Assembly: GCA_964016885.1 (NCBI GenBank)
Contig: OZ024745.1
Location: 47,740,001-47,804,000, forward strand
DNA from: Eledone cirrhosa
Lineage: Eukaryota
Reading direction: 5' to 3'
Length of the DNA: 64,000 bases
The notes below the pieces were generated by a model that worked only from the letters and a program-made list of their open reading frames with translations, was not told the DNA's origin and did no database searches. The position numbers were made by a program, and so were the translations under genes. Position 1 is the first letter of the stretch. Every line of letters begins with the position of its first letter. Positions 51,201 to 64,000 of this stretch are shown here, piece after piece.

Positions 51201-54200
51201 CTAGAAACGTTCTCTTGCAAGGTATAGCTTTCCTCTAGCTGATGACAAGAATACTAGAAACGTTCTCTTGCAAGGTATAGCTTTCCTCTAGCTGATGACA
51301 ACAGTACTAGAAACGTTCTCTTGCAAGGTATAGCTTTCCTCTAGCTCATGACGACAATACTAGAAACGTTCTCTTGCAAGGTATAGCTTTCCTCTATTTC
51401 ATGACAACAATACTAGAAACGTTCTCATGCAAGGTATAGCTTTCCTCTACCTCATGACAACAGTACTAGAAACGTTCTCTTGCAAGGTATAGCTTTCCTC
51501 TAGCTCATGACAACAGTACTAGAAACGTTCTCTTGCAAGGTATAGCTTTCCTCTACCTCATGACAACAGTACTAGAAACGTTCTCTTGCAAGGTATAGCT
51601 TTCCTCTAGCTGATGACAACAGTACTAGAAACGTTCTCTTGCAAGGTATAGCTTTCCTCTCCCTCATGACAACAGTACTAGAAACGTTCTCTTGCTTGCA
51701 AGGTATAGCTTTCCTCTACCTCATGACAACAGTACTAGAAACGTTCTCTTGCAAGGTATAGCTTTCCTCTAGCTGATGACAAGAATACTAGAAACGTTCT
51801 CTTGCAAGGTATAGCTTTCCTCTAGCTGATGACAACAGTACTAGAAACGTTCTCTTGCAAGGTATAGCTTTCCTCTAGCTGATGACAACAGTACTAGAAA
51901 CGTTCTCTTGCAAGGTATAGCTTTCGTCTAGCTCATGACAACAGTACTAGAAACGTTCTCTTGCAAGGTATAGCTTTCCTCTAGCTCATGACAACAGTAC
52001 TAGAAACGTTCTCTTGCAAGGTATAGCTTTCCTCTAGCTCATGACAACAGTACTAGAAACGTTCTCTTGCAAGGTATAGCTTTCCTCTAGCTCATGACAA
52101 CAGTACTAGAAACGTTCTCTTGCAAGGTATAGCTTTCCTCTACCTCATGACAACAGTACTAGAAACGTTCTCTTGCAAGGTATAGCTTTCCTCTAGTTCA
52201 TGACAACAATACTAGAAACGTTCTCATGCAAGGTATAGCTTTCCTCTAGCTTATGACAAGAGTACTAGAAACGTTCTCTTGCAAGGTATAGCTTTCTTCT
52301 AGCTCATGACAACGGTACTAGAAACGTTCTCTTGCAAGGTATAGCTTTCCTCTACCTCATGACAACAGTACTAGAAACGTTCTCTTGCAAGGTATAGCTT
52401 TCCTCTAGCTGATGACAACAGTACTAGAAACGTTCTCTTGCAAGGTATAGCTTTCCTCTCCCTCATGACAACAGTACTAGAAACGTTCTCTTGCTTGCAA
52501 GGTATAGCTTTCCTCTACCTCATGACAACAGTACTAGAAACGTTCTCTTGCAAGGTATAGCTTTCCTCTAGCTGATGACAACAGTACTAGAAACCTTCTC
52601 TTGCAAGGTATAGCTTTCCTCTAGCTCATGACAACAGTACTAGAAACGTTCTCTTGCAAGGTATAGCTTTCCTCTACCTCATGACAACAGTACTAGAAAC
52701 GTTCTCTTGCAAGGTATAGCTTTCCTCTAGCTGATGACAACAGTACTAGAAACGTTCTCTTGCAAGGTATAGCTTTCCTCTCCCTCATGACAACAGTACT
52801 AGAAACGTTCTCTTGCAAGGTATAGCTTTCCTCTAGCTCATGACAACAGTACTAGAAGCGTTCTCTTGCAAGGTATAGCTTTCCTCTACCTCATGACAAC
52901 AGTACTAGAAACGTTCTCTTGCAAGGTATAGCTTTCCTCTAGCTTATGACAAGAGTACTAGAAACGTTCTCTTGCAAGGTATAGCTTTCCTGTAGCTCAT
53001 GACAACAGTACTAGAAACGTTCTCTTGCAAGGTATAGCTTTCCTCTAGCTGATGACAAGAATACTAGAAACGTTCTCTTGCAAGGTATAGCTTTCCTCTA
53101 GCTAATGACAACAGTACTAGAAACGTTCTCTTGCAAGGTATAGCTTTCCTCTAGCTGATGACAACAGTACTAGAAACGTTCTTTTGCAAGGTATAGCTTT
53201 CGTCTAGCTCATGACAACAGTACTAGAAACGTTCTCTTGCAAGGTATAGCTTTCCTCTACCTCATGACAACAGTACTAGAAACGTTCTCTTGCAAGGTAT
53301 AGCTTTCCTCTAGCTGATGACAACAGTACTAGAAACGTTCTCTTGCAAGGTATAGCTTTCCTCTCCCTCATGACAACAGTACTAGAAACGTTCTCTTGCA
53401 AGGTATAGCTTTCCTCTACCTCATGACAACAGTACTAGAAACGTTCTCTTGCAAGGTATAGCTTTCCTCTACCTCATGACAACAGTACTAGAAACGTTCT
53501 CTTGCAAGGTATAGCTTTCCTCTACCTCATGACAACAGTACTAGAAACGTTCTCTTGCAAGGTATAGCTTTCCTGTAGCTCATGACAACAGTACTAGAAA
53601 CGTTCTGTTGTAAGGTGTAGCTTTCCTCTAGCTGATGACAACAGTACTAGAAACGTTCTCTTGCAAGGTATAGCTTTCCTCTAGCTGATGACAACAGTAC
53701 TAGAAACGTTCTCTTGCAAGGTATAGCTTTCGTCTAGCTCATGACAACAGTACTAGAAACGTTCTCTTGCAAGGTATAGCTTTCCTCTAGCTCATGACAA
53801 CAGTACTAGAAACGTTCTCTTGCAAGGTATAGCTTTCCTCTAGCTCATGACAACAGTACTAGAAACGTTCTCTTGCAAGGTATAGCTTTCCTCTACCTCA
53901 TGACAACAGTACTAGAAACGTTCTCTTGCAAGGTATAGCTTTCCTCTAGTTCATGACAACAATACTAGAAACGTTCTCATGCAAGGTATAGCTTTCCTCT
54001 ACCTCATGACAACAGTACTAGAAACGTTCTCTTGCAAGGTATAGCTTTCCTCTAGCTCATGACAACAGTACTAGAAACGTTCTCTTGCAAGGTATAGCTT
54101 TCCTCTACCTCATGACAACAGTACTAGAAACGTTCTCTTGCAAGTTATAGCTTTCCTCTAGCTGATGACAACAGTACTAGAAACGTTCTCTTGAAAGTTA

Positions 54201-57200
54201 TAGCTTTCCTCTCCCTCATGACAACAGTACTAGAAAAGTTCTCTTGCTTGCAAGGTATAGCTTTCCTCTACCTCAAGACAACAGTACTAGAAACGTTCTC
54301 TTGCAAGGTATAGCTTTCCTCTAGCTGATGACAACAGTACTTGAAACCTTCTCTTGCAAGGTATAGCTTTCCTCTAGCTCATGACAACAGTACTAGAAAC
54401 GTTCTCTTGCAAGGTATAGCTTTCCTCTACCTCATGACAACAGTACTAGAAACGTTCTCTTGCAAGGTATAGCTTTCTTCTAGCTCATGACAACAATACT
54501 AGAAACGTTCTCTTGCAAGGTATAGCTTTCCTCTACCTCATGACAACAGTACTAGAAACGTTCTCTTGCAAGGTATAGCTTTCCTCTAGCTCATGACAAC
54601 AGTACTAGAAACGTTCTCTTGCAAGGTATAGCTTTCCTCTACCTCATCACAACAGTACTAGAAACGTTCTCTTGCAAGGTATAGCTTTCCTCTAGCTGAT
54701 GACAACAGTACTAGAAACGTTCTATTGCAAGGTATAGCTTTCCTCTAGCTCATGACAACAGTACTAGAAACGTTCTCTTGCAAGGTATAGCTTTCCTCTA
54801 CCTCATGACAACAGTACTAGAAACGTTCTCTTGCAAGGTATAGCTTTCCTCTACCTCATGACAACAGTACTAGAAACGTTCTCTTGCAAGTTATAGCTTT
54901 CCTCTAGCTGATGACAAGAATACTAGAAACGTTCTCTTGCAAGGTATAGCTTTCCTCTAGCTGATGACAACAGTACTAGGAACGTTCTCTTGCAAGGTAT
55001 AGCTTTCCTCTACCTCATGACAACAGTACTAGAAACGTTCTCTTGCAAGGTATAGCTTTCCTCTAGCTCATGACAAGAATACTAGAAACGTTCTCTTGTA
55101 AGGTATAGATTTCCTTTAGCTCATGACAACAGTACTAGAAACGTTCTCTTGCACGGTATAGCTTTCTTCTAGCTGATGACAACAGTACTAGAAACGTTCT
55201 CTTGCAAGGTATAGCTTTCCTCTAGCTCATGACGACAATACTAGAAACGTTCTCTTGCAAGGTATAGCTTTCCTCTAGCTCATGACAACAATACTAGAAA
55301 CGTTCTCTTGCAAGGTATAGCTTTCCTCTAGCTGATGACAACAGTACTAGAAACGTTCTCTTGCAAGGTATAGCTTTCCTCTACCTCATGACAACAATAC
55401 TAGAAACGTTCTCTTGCAAGGTATAGCTCTCCTCTAGCTCATGACAACAGTACTAGAAACGTTCTCTTGCAAGGTATAGCTTTCCTCTAGCTGATGACAA
55501 GAATACTAGAAACGTTCTCTTGCAAGGTATAGCTTTCCTCTAGCTGATGACAACAGTACTAGAAACGTTCTCTTGCAAGGTATAGCTTTCCTCTAGCTGA
55601 TGACAACAGTACTAGAAACGTTCTCTTGCAAGGTATAGCTTTCCTCTAGCTCATGACGACAATACTAGAAACGTTCTCTTGCAAGGTATAGCTTTCCTCT
55701 ATTTCATTACAACAATACTAGAAACGTTCTCATGCAAGGTATAGCTTTCCTCTACCTCATGACAACAGTACTAGAAACGTTCTCTTGCAAGGTATAGCTT
55801 TCCTCTAGCTCATGACAACAGTACTAGAAACGTTCTCTTGCAAGGTATAGCTTTCCTCTACCTCATGACAACAGTACTAGAAACGTTCTCTTGCAAGGTA
55901 TAGCTTTCCTCTAGCTGATGACAACAGTACTAGAAACGTTCTCATGCAAGGTATAGCTTTCCTCTAGCTGATGACAACAGTACTAGAAACGTTCTCTTGC
56001 AAGGTATAGCTTTCCTCTACCTCATGACAACAATACTAGAAACGTTCTCTTGCAAGGTATAGCTCTCCTCTAGCTCATGACAACAGTACTAGAAACGTTC
56101 TCTTGCAAGGTATAGCTTTCCTCTAGCTGATGACAAGAATACTAGAAACGTTCTCTTGCAAGGTATAGCTTTCCTCTAGCTGATGACAACAGTACTAGAA
56201 ACGTTCTCTTGCAAGGTATAGCTTTCCTCTAGCTGATGACAACAGTACTAGAAACGTTCTCTTGCAAGGTATAGCTTTCCTCTAGCTCATGACGACAATA
56301 CTAGAAACGTTCTCTTGCAAGGTATAGCTTTCCTCTATTTCATGACAACAATACTAGAAACGTTCTCATGCAAGGTATAGCTTTCCTCTACCTCATGACA
56401 ACAGTACTAGAAACGTTCTCTTGCAAGGTATAGCTTTCCTCTAGCTCATGACAACAGTACTAGAAACGTTCTCTTGCAAGGTATAGCTTTCCTCTAGCTG
56501 ATGACAACAGTACTAGAAACGTTCTCTTGCAAGGTATAGCTTTCCTCTCCCTCATGACAACAGTACTAGAAACGTTCTCTTGCTTGCAAGGTATAGCTTT
56601 CCTCTACCTCATGACAACAGTACTAGAAACGTTCTCTTGCAAGGTATAGCTTTCCTCTAGCTGATGACAACAGTACTAGAAACGTTCTCTTGCAAGGTAT
56701 AGCTTTCCTCTACCTCATGACAACAGTACTAGAAACGTTCTCTTGCAAGGTATAGCTTTCCTCTAGCTCATGACAACAGTACTAGAAACGTTCTCTTGCA
56801 AGGTATAGCTTTCCTCTACCTCATCACAACAGTACTAGAAACGTTCTCTTGCAAGGTATAGCTTTCCTCTAGCTGATGACAACAGTACTAGAAACGTTCT
56901 ATTGCAAGGTATAGCTTTCCTCTAGCTCATGACAACAGTACTAGAAACGTTCTCTTGCAAGGTATAGCTTTCCTCTACCTCATGACAACAGTACTAGAAA
57001 CGTTCTCTTGCAAGGTATAGCTTTCCTCTACCTCATGACAACAGTACTAGAAACGTTCTCTTGCAAGTTATAGCTTTCCTCTAGCTGATGACAAGATTAC
57101 TAGAAACGTTCTCTTGCAAGGTATAGCTTTCCTCTACCTCATGACAACAGTACTAGAAACGTTCTCTTGCAAGGTATAGCTTTCCTCTAGCTGATGACAA

Positions 57201-60200
57201 CAGTACTAGAAACGTTCTATTGCAAGGTATAGCTTTCCTCTAGCTCATGACAACAGTACTAGAAACGTTCTCTTGCAAGGTATAGCTTTCCTCTACCTCA
57301 TGACAACAGTACTAGAAACGTTCTCTTGCAAGGTATAGCTTTCCTCTACCTCATGACAACAGTACTAGAAACGTTCTCTTGCAAGTTATAGCTTTCCTCT
57401 AGCTGATGACAAGAATACTAGAAACGTTCTCTTGCAAGGTATAGCTTTCCTCTAGCTGATGACAACAGTACTAGGAACGTTCTCTTGCAAGGTATAGCTT
57501 TCCTCTACCTCATGACAACAGTACTAGAAACGTTCTCTTGCAAGGTATAGCTTTCCTCTAGCTCATGACAAGAATACTAGAAACGTTCTCTTGTAAGGTA
57601 TAGATTTCCTTTAGCTCATGACAACAGTACTAGAAACGTTCTCTTGCACGGTATAGCTTTCCTCTAGCTGATGACAACAGTACTAGAAACGTTCTCTTGC
57701 AAGGTATAGCTTTCCTCTAGCTCATGACGACAATACTAGAAACGTTCTCTTGCAAGGTATAGCTTTCCTCTAGCTCATGACAACAATACTAGAAACGTTC
57801 TCTTGCAAGGTATAGCTTTCCTCTACCTCATGACAACAGTACTAGAAACGTTCTCTTGCAAGGTATAGCTTTCCTCTACCTCATGACAACAATACTAGAA
57901 ACGTTCTCTTGCAAGGTTTAGCTCTCCTCTAGCTCATGACAACAGTACTAGAAACGTTCTCTTGCAAGGTATAGCTTTCCTCTAGCTGATGACAAGAATA
58001 CTAGAAACGTTCTCTTGCAAGGTATAGCTTTCCTCTAGCTGATGACAACAGTACTAGAAACGTTCTCTTGCAAGGTATAGCTTTCCTCTAGCTCATGACG
58101 ACAATACTAGAAACGTTCTCTTGCAAGGTATAGCTTTCCTCTATTTCATGACAACAATACTAGAAACGTTCTCATGCAAGGTATAGCTTTCCTCTACCTC
58201 ATGACAACAGTACTAGAAACGTTCTCTTGCAAGGTATAGCTTTCCTCTAGCTCATGACAACAGTACTAGAAACGTTCTCTTGCAAGGTATAGCTTTCCTC
58301 TACCTCATGACAACAGTACTAGAAACGTTCTCTTGCAAGGTATAGCTTTCCTCTAGCTGATGACAACAGTACTAGAAACGTTCTCTTGCAAGGTATAGCT
58401 TTCCTCTCCCTCATGACAACAGTACTAGAAACGTTCTCTTGCTTGCAAGGTATAGCTTTCCTCTACCTCATGACAACAGTACTAGAAACGTTCTCTTGCA
58501 AGGTATAGCTTTCCTCTAGCTGATGACAACAGTACTAGAAACGTTCTCTTGCAAGGTATAGCTTTCCTCTAGCTCATGACAACAGTACTAGAAACGTTCT
58601 CTTGCAAGGTATAGCTTTCCTATACCTCATGACAACAGTACTAGAAACGTTCTCTTGCAAGGTATAGCTTTCCTCTAGCTGATGACAACAGTACTAGAAA
58701 CGTTCTCTTGCAAGGTATAGCTTTCCTCTACCTCATGACAACAGTACTAGAAACGTTCTCTTGCAAGGTATAGCTTTCCTCTAGCTCATGACGACAATAC
58801 TAGAAACGTTCTCTTGCAAGGTATAGCTTTCCTCTAGCTCATGACAACAATACTAGAAACGTTCTCTTGCAAGGTATAGCTTTCCTCTACCTCATGACAA
58901 CAGTACTAGAAACGTTCTCTTGCAAGGTATAGCTTTCCTCTACCTCATGACAACAATACTAGAAACGTTCTCTTGCAAGGTATAGCTCTCCTCTAGCTCA
59001 TGACAACAGTACTAGAAACGTTCTCTTGCAAGGTATAGCTTTCCTCTAGCTGATGACAAGAATACTAGAAACGTTCTCTTGCAAGGTATAGCTTTCCTCT
59101 AGCTGATGACAACAGTACTAGAAACGTTCTCTTGCAAGGTATAGCTTTCCTCTAGCTGATGACAACAGTACTAGAAACGTTCTCTTGCAAGGTATAGCTT
59201 TCCTCTAGCTCATGACGACAATACTAGAAACGTTCTCTTGCAAGGTATAGCTTTCCTCTATTTCATGACAACAATACTAGAAACGTTCTCATGCAAGGTA
59301 TAGCTTTCCTCTACCTCATGACAACAGTACTAGAAACGTTCTCTTGCAAGGTATAGCTTTCCTCTACCTCATGACAACAGTACTAGAAACGTTCTCTTGC
59401 AAGGTATAGCTTTCCTCTAGCTGATGACAACAGTACTAGAAACGTTCTCTTGCAAGGTATAGCTTTCCTCTCCCTCATGACAACAGTACTAGAAACGTTC
59501 TCTTGCTTGCAAGGTATAGCTTTCCTCTACCTCATGACAACAGTACTAGAAACGTTCTCTTGCAAGGTATAGCTTTCCTCTAGCTGATGACAACAGTACT
59601 AGAAACGTTCTCTTGCAAGGTATAGCTTTCCTCTAGCTCATGACAACAGTACTAGAAACGTTCTCTTGCAAGGTATAGCTTTCCTATACCTCATGACAAC
59701 AGTACTAGAAACGTTCTCTTGCAAGGTATAGCTTTCCTCTAGCTGATGACAACAGTACTAGAAACGTTCTCTTGCAAGGTATAGCTTTCCTCTACCTCAT
59801 GACAACAGTACTAGAAACGTTCTCTTGCAAGGTATAGCTTTCCTCTAGCTCATGACAACAATACTAGAAACGTTCTCTTGCAAGGTATAGCTTTCCTCTA
59901 CCTCATCACAACAGTACTAGAAACGTTCTCTTGCAAGGTATAGCTTTCTTCTACCTCATGACAACAATACTAGAAACGTTCTCTTGCAAGGTATAGCTTT
60001 CCTCTAGCTCATGACAACAGTACTAGAAACGTTCTCTTGCAAGGTATAGCTTTCATCTAGCTGATGACAAGAATACTAGAAACGTTCTCTTGCAAGGTAT
60101 AGCTTTCCTCTAGCTAATGACAACAGTACTAGAAACGTTCTCTTGCAAGGTATAGCTTTCCTCTAGCTGATGACAACAGTACTAGAAACGTTCTCTTGCA

Positions 60201-63200
60201 AGGTATAGCTTTTGTCTAGCTCATGACAACAGTACTAGAAACGTTCTCTTGCAAGGTATAGCTTTCCTCTACCTCATGACAACAGTACTAGAAACGTTCT
60301 CTTGCAAGGTATAGCTTTCCTCTAGCTCATGACAACAGTACTAGAAACCTTCTCTTGCAAGGTATAGCTTTCCTCTAGCTCATGACAACAGTACTAGAAA
60401 CGTTCTCTTGCAAGTTATAGCTTTCCTCTACCTCATGACAACAGTACTAGAAACGTTCTCTTGCAAGGTATAGCTTTCCTCTAGCTGATGACAACAGTAC
60501 TAGAAACGTTCTCTTGCAAGGTATAGCTTTCCTCTCCCTCATGACAACAGTACTAGAAACGTTCTCTTGCAAGGTATAGCTTTCCTCTACCTCATGACAA
60601 CAGTACTAGAAACGTTCTCTTGCAAGGTATAGCTTTCCTCTAGCTCATGACAACAATACTAGAAACGTTCTCTTGCAAGGTATAGCTTTCCTCTACCTCA
60701 TCACAACAGTACTAGAAACGTTCTCTTGCAAGGTATAGCTTTCTTCTACCTCATGACAACAATACTAGAAACGTTCTCTTGCAAGGTATAGCTTTCCTCT
60801 AGCTCATGACAACAGTACTAGAAACGTTCTCTTGCAAGGTATAGCTTTCATCTAGCTGATGACAAGAATACTAGAAACGTTCTCTTGCAAGGTATAGCTT
60901 TCCTCTAGCTAATGACAACAGTACTAGAAACGTTCTCTTGCAAGGTATAGCTTTCCTCTAGCTGATGACAACAGTACTAGAAACGTTCTCTTGCAAGGTA
61001 TAGCTTTTGTCTAGCTCATGACAACAGTACTAGAAACGTTCTCTTGCAAGGTATAGCTTTCCTCTACCTCATGACAACAGTACTAGAAACGTTCTCTTGC
61101 AAGGTATAGCTTTCCTCTAGCTCATGACAACAGTACTAGAAACCTTCTCTTGCAAGGTATAGCTTTCCTCTAGCTCATGACAACAGTACTAGAAACGTTC
61201 TCTTGCAAGTTATAGCTTTCCTCTACCTCATGACAACAGTACTAGAAACGTTCTCTTGCAAGGTATAGCTTTCCTCTAGCTGATGACAACAGTACTAGAA
61301 ACGTTCTCTTGCAAGGTATAGCTTTCCTCTCCCTCATGACAACAGTACTAGAAACGTTCTCTTGCAAGGTATAGCTTTCCTCTACCTCATGACAACAGTA
61401 CTAGAAACGTTCTCTTGCAAGGTATAGCTTTCCTCTAGCTCATGACAACAATACTAGAAACGTTCTCTTGCAAGGTATAGCTTTCCTCTACCTCATCACA
61501 ACAGTACTAGAAACGTTCTCTTGCAAGGTATAGCTTTCTTCTACCTCATGACAACAATACTAGAAACGTTCTCTTGCAAGGTATAGCTTTCCTCTAGCTC
61601 ATGACAACAGTACTAGAAACGTTCTCTTGCAAGGTATAGCTTTCATCTAGCTGATGACAAGAATACTAGAAACGTTCTCTTGCAAGGTATAGCTTTCCTC
61701 TAGCTAATGACAACAGTACTAGAAACGTTCTCTTGCAAGGTATAGCTTTCCTCTAGCTGATGACAACAGTACTAGAAACGTTCTCTTGCAAGGTATAGCT
61801 TTTGTCTAGCTCATGACAACAGTACTAGAAACGTTCTCTTGCAAGGTATAGCTTTCCTCTACCTCATGACAACAGTACTAGAAACGTTCTCTTGCAAGGT
61901 ATAGCTTTCCTCTAGCTGATGACAACAGTACTAGAAACCTTCTCTTGCAAGGTATAGCTTTCCTCTAGCTCATGACAACAGTACTAGAAACGTTCTCTTG
62001 CAAGTTATAGCTTTCCTCTAGCTGATGACAACAGTACTAGAAACGTTCTCTTGCAAGGTATAGCTTTCCTCTCCCTCATGACAACAGTACTAGAAACGTT
62101 CTCTTGCAAGGTATAGCTTTCCTCTACCTCATGACAACAGTACTAGAAACGTTCTCTTGCAAGGTATAGCTTTCCTCTACCTCATGACAACAGTACTAGA
62201 AACGTTCTCTTGCAAGGTATAGCTTTCTTCTAGCTCATGACAACGGTACTAGAAACGTTCTCTTGCAAGGTATAGCTTTCGTCTACCTCATGACAACAGT
62301 ACTAGAAACGTTCTCTTGCAAGGTATAGCTTTCCTCTAGCTGATGACAACAGTACTAGAAACGTTCTCTTGCAAGGTATAGCTTTCCTCTAGCTGATGAC
62401 AACAGTACTAGAAACGTTCTCTTGCAAGGTATAGCTTTCCTATATCTCATGACAACAGTACTAGAAACGTTCTCTTGCAAGGTATAGCTTTCCTCTAGCT
62501 GATGACAACAGTACTAGAAACGTTCTCTTGCAAGGTATAGCTTTCCTCTAGCTGATGACAACAGTACTAGAAACGTTCTCTTGCAAGGTATAGCTTTCGT
62601 CTAGCTCATGACAACAGTACTAGAAACGTTCTCTTGCAAGGTATAGCTTTCCTCTAGCTCATGACAACAGTACTAGAAACGTTCTCTTGCAAGGTATAGC
62701 TTTCCTCTACCTCATCACAACAGTACTAGAAACGTTCTCTTGCAAGGTATAGCTTTCTTCTACCTCATGACAACAATACTAGAAACGTTCTCTTGCAAGG
62801 TATAGCTTTCCTCTAGCTCATGACAACAGTACTAGAAACGTTCTCTTGCAAGGTATAGCTTTCATCTAGCTGATGACAAGAATACTAGAAACGTTCTCTT
62901 GCAAGGTATAGCTTTCCTCTAGCTAATGACAACAGTACTAGAAACGTTCTCTTGCAAGGTATAGCTTTCCTCTAGCTGATGACAACAGTACTAGAAACGT
63001 TCTCTTGCAAGGTATAGCTTTTGTCTAGCTCATGACAACAGTACTAGAAACGTTCTCTTGCAAGGTATAGCTTTCCTCTACCTCATGACAACAGTACTAG
63101 AAACGTTCTCTTGCAAGGTATAGCTTTCCTCTAGCTCATGACAACAGTACTAGAAACCTTCTCTTGCAAGGTATAGCTTTCCTCTAGCTCATGACAACAG

Positions 63201-64000
63201 TACTAGAAACGTTCTCTTGCAAGTTATAGCTTTCCTCTACCTCATGACAACAGTACTAGAAACGTTCTCTTGCAAGGTATAGCTTTCCTCTAGCTGATGA
63301 CAACAGTACTAGAAACGTTCTCTTGCAAGGTATAGCTTTCCTCTCCCTCATGACAACAGTACTAGAAACGTTCTCTTGCAAGGTATAGCTTTCCTCTACC
63401 TCATGACAACAGTACTAGAAACGTTCTCTTGCAAGTTATAGCTTTCCTCTAGCTGATGACAACAGTACTAGAAACGTTCTCTTGCAAGGTATAGCTTTCC
63501 TCTATCTCATGACAACAGTACTAGAAACGTTCTCTTGCAAGGTATAGCTTTCCTCTAGCTGATGACAACAGTACTAGAAACGTTCTCTTGCAAGGTATAG
63601 CTTTCCTCTACCTCATCACAACAGTACTAGAAACGTTCTCTTGCAAGGTATAGCTTTCTTCTACCTCATGACAACAGTACTAGAAACGTTCTCTTGCAAG
63701 GTATAGCTTTCCTCTACCTCATGACAACAGTACTAGAAACGTTCTCTTGCAAGGTATAGCTTTCCTCTAGCTCATGACAACAATACTAGAAACGTTCTCT
63801 TGCAAGGTATAGCTTTCCTCTACCTCATCACAACAGTACTAGAAACGTTCTCTTGCAAGGTATAGCTTTCTTCTACCTCATGACAACAATACTAGAAACG
63901 TTCTCTTGCAAGGTATAGCTTTCCTCTAGCTCATGACAACAGTACTAGAAACGTTCTCTTGCAAGGTATAGCTTTCATCTAGCTGATGACAAGAATACTA
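18247..64000. repeat. 53-bp satellite array, about 860 copies, running off the window end
   Basis: Consensus CTCATGACAACAGTACTAGAAACGTTCTCTTGCAAGGTATAGCTTTCCTCTAG (period 18301 to 18354). Head-to-tail, single orientation, no interrupting elements seen. Confidence 0.99.

Noticed and set aside
18247-64000. CRISPR array or contiguous repeat-protein ORF
   Set aside because: No unique spacers and no cas genes; 53 is not a multiple of 3, and the ORF track shows no ORFs here.

Overview
AT-rich eukaryotic DNA. The repeat families and microsatellites look like a coleoid cephalopod (octopus-like); this is inference, not a database result. Bases 1-18.2 kb hold a complete 4-exon RIIAD1-like gene on the minus strand (113 aa, with an X-box-like site and a CRE in the promoter) and two identical, divergently oriented tRNA-Ser(AGA) genes. 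The same region has several Type I hammerhead-ribozyme motifs in Penelope-like fold-back repeats, a 5'-truncated pseudogenised RTE LINE, a CRE-clade retrotransposon relic, many SINEs and DNA-transposon fragments. From about 18247 to the window end (about 45.7 kb, about 860 copies) runs a homogeneous 53-bp satellite with nested multi-kb duplications. Its monomer carries a hammerhead-core-like motif, about 10-bp-phased palindromes and a 36-nt AG/GT-flanked open frame.
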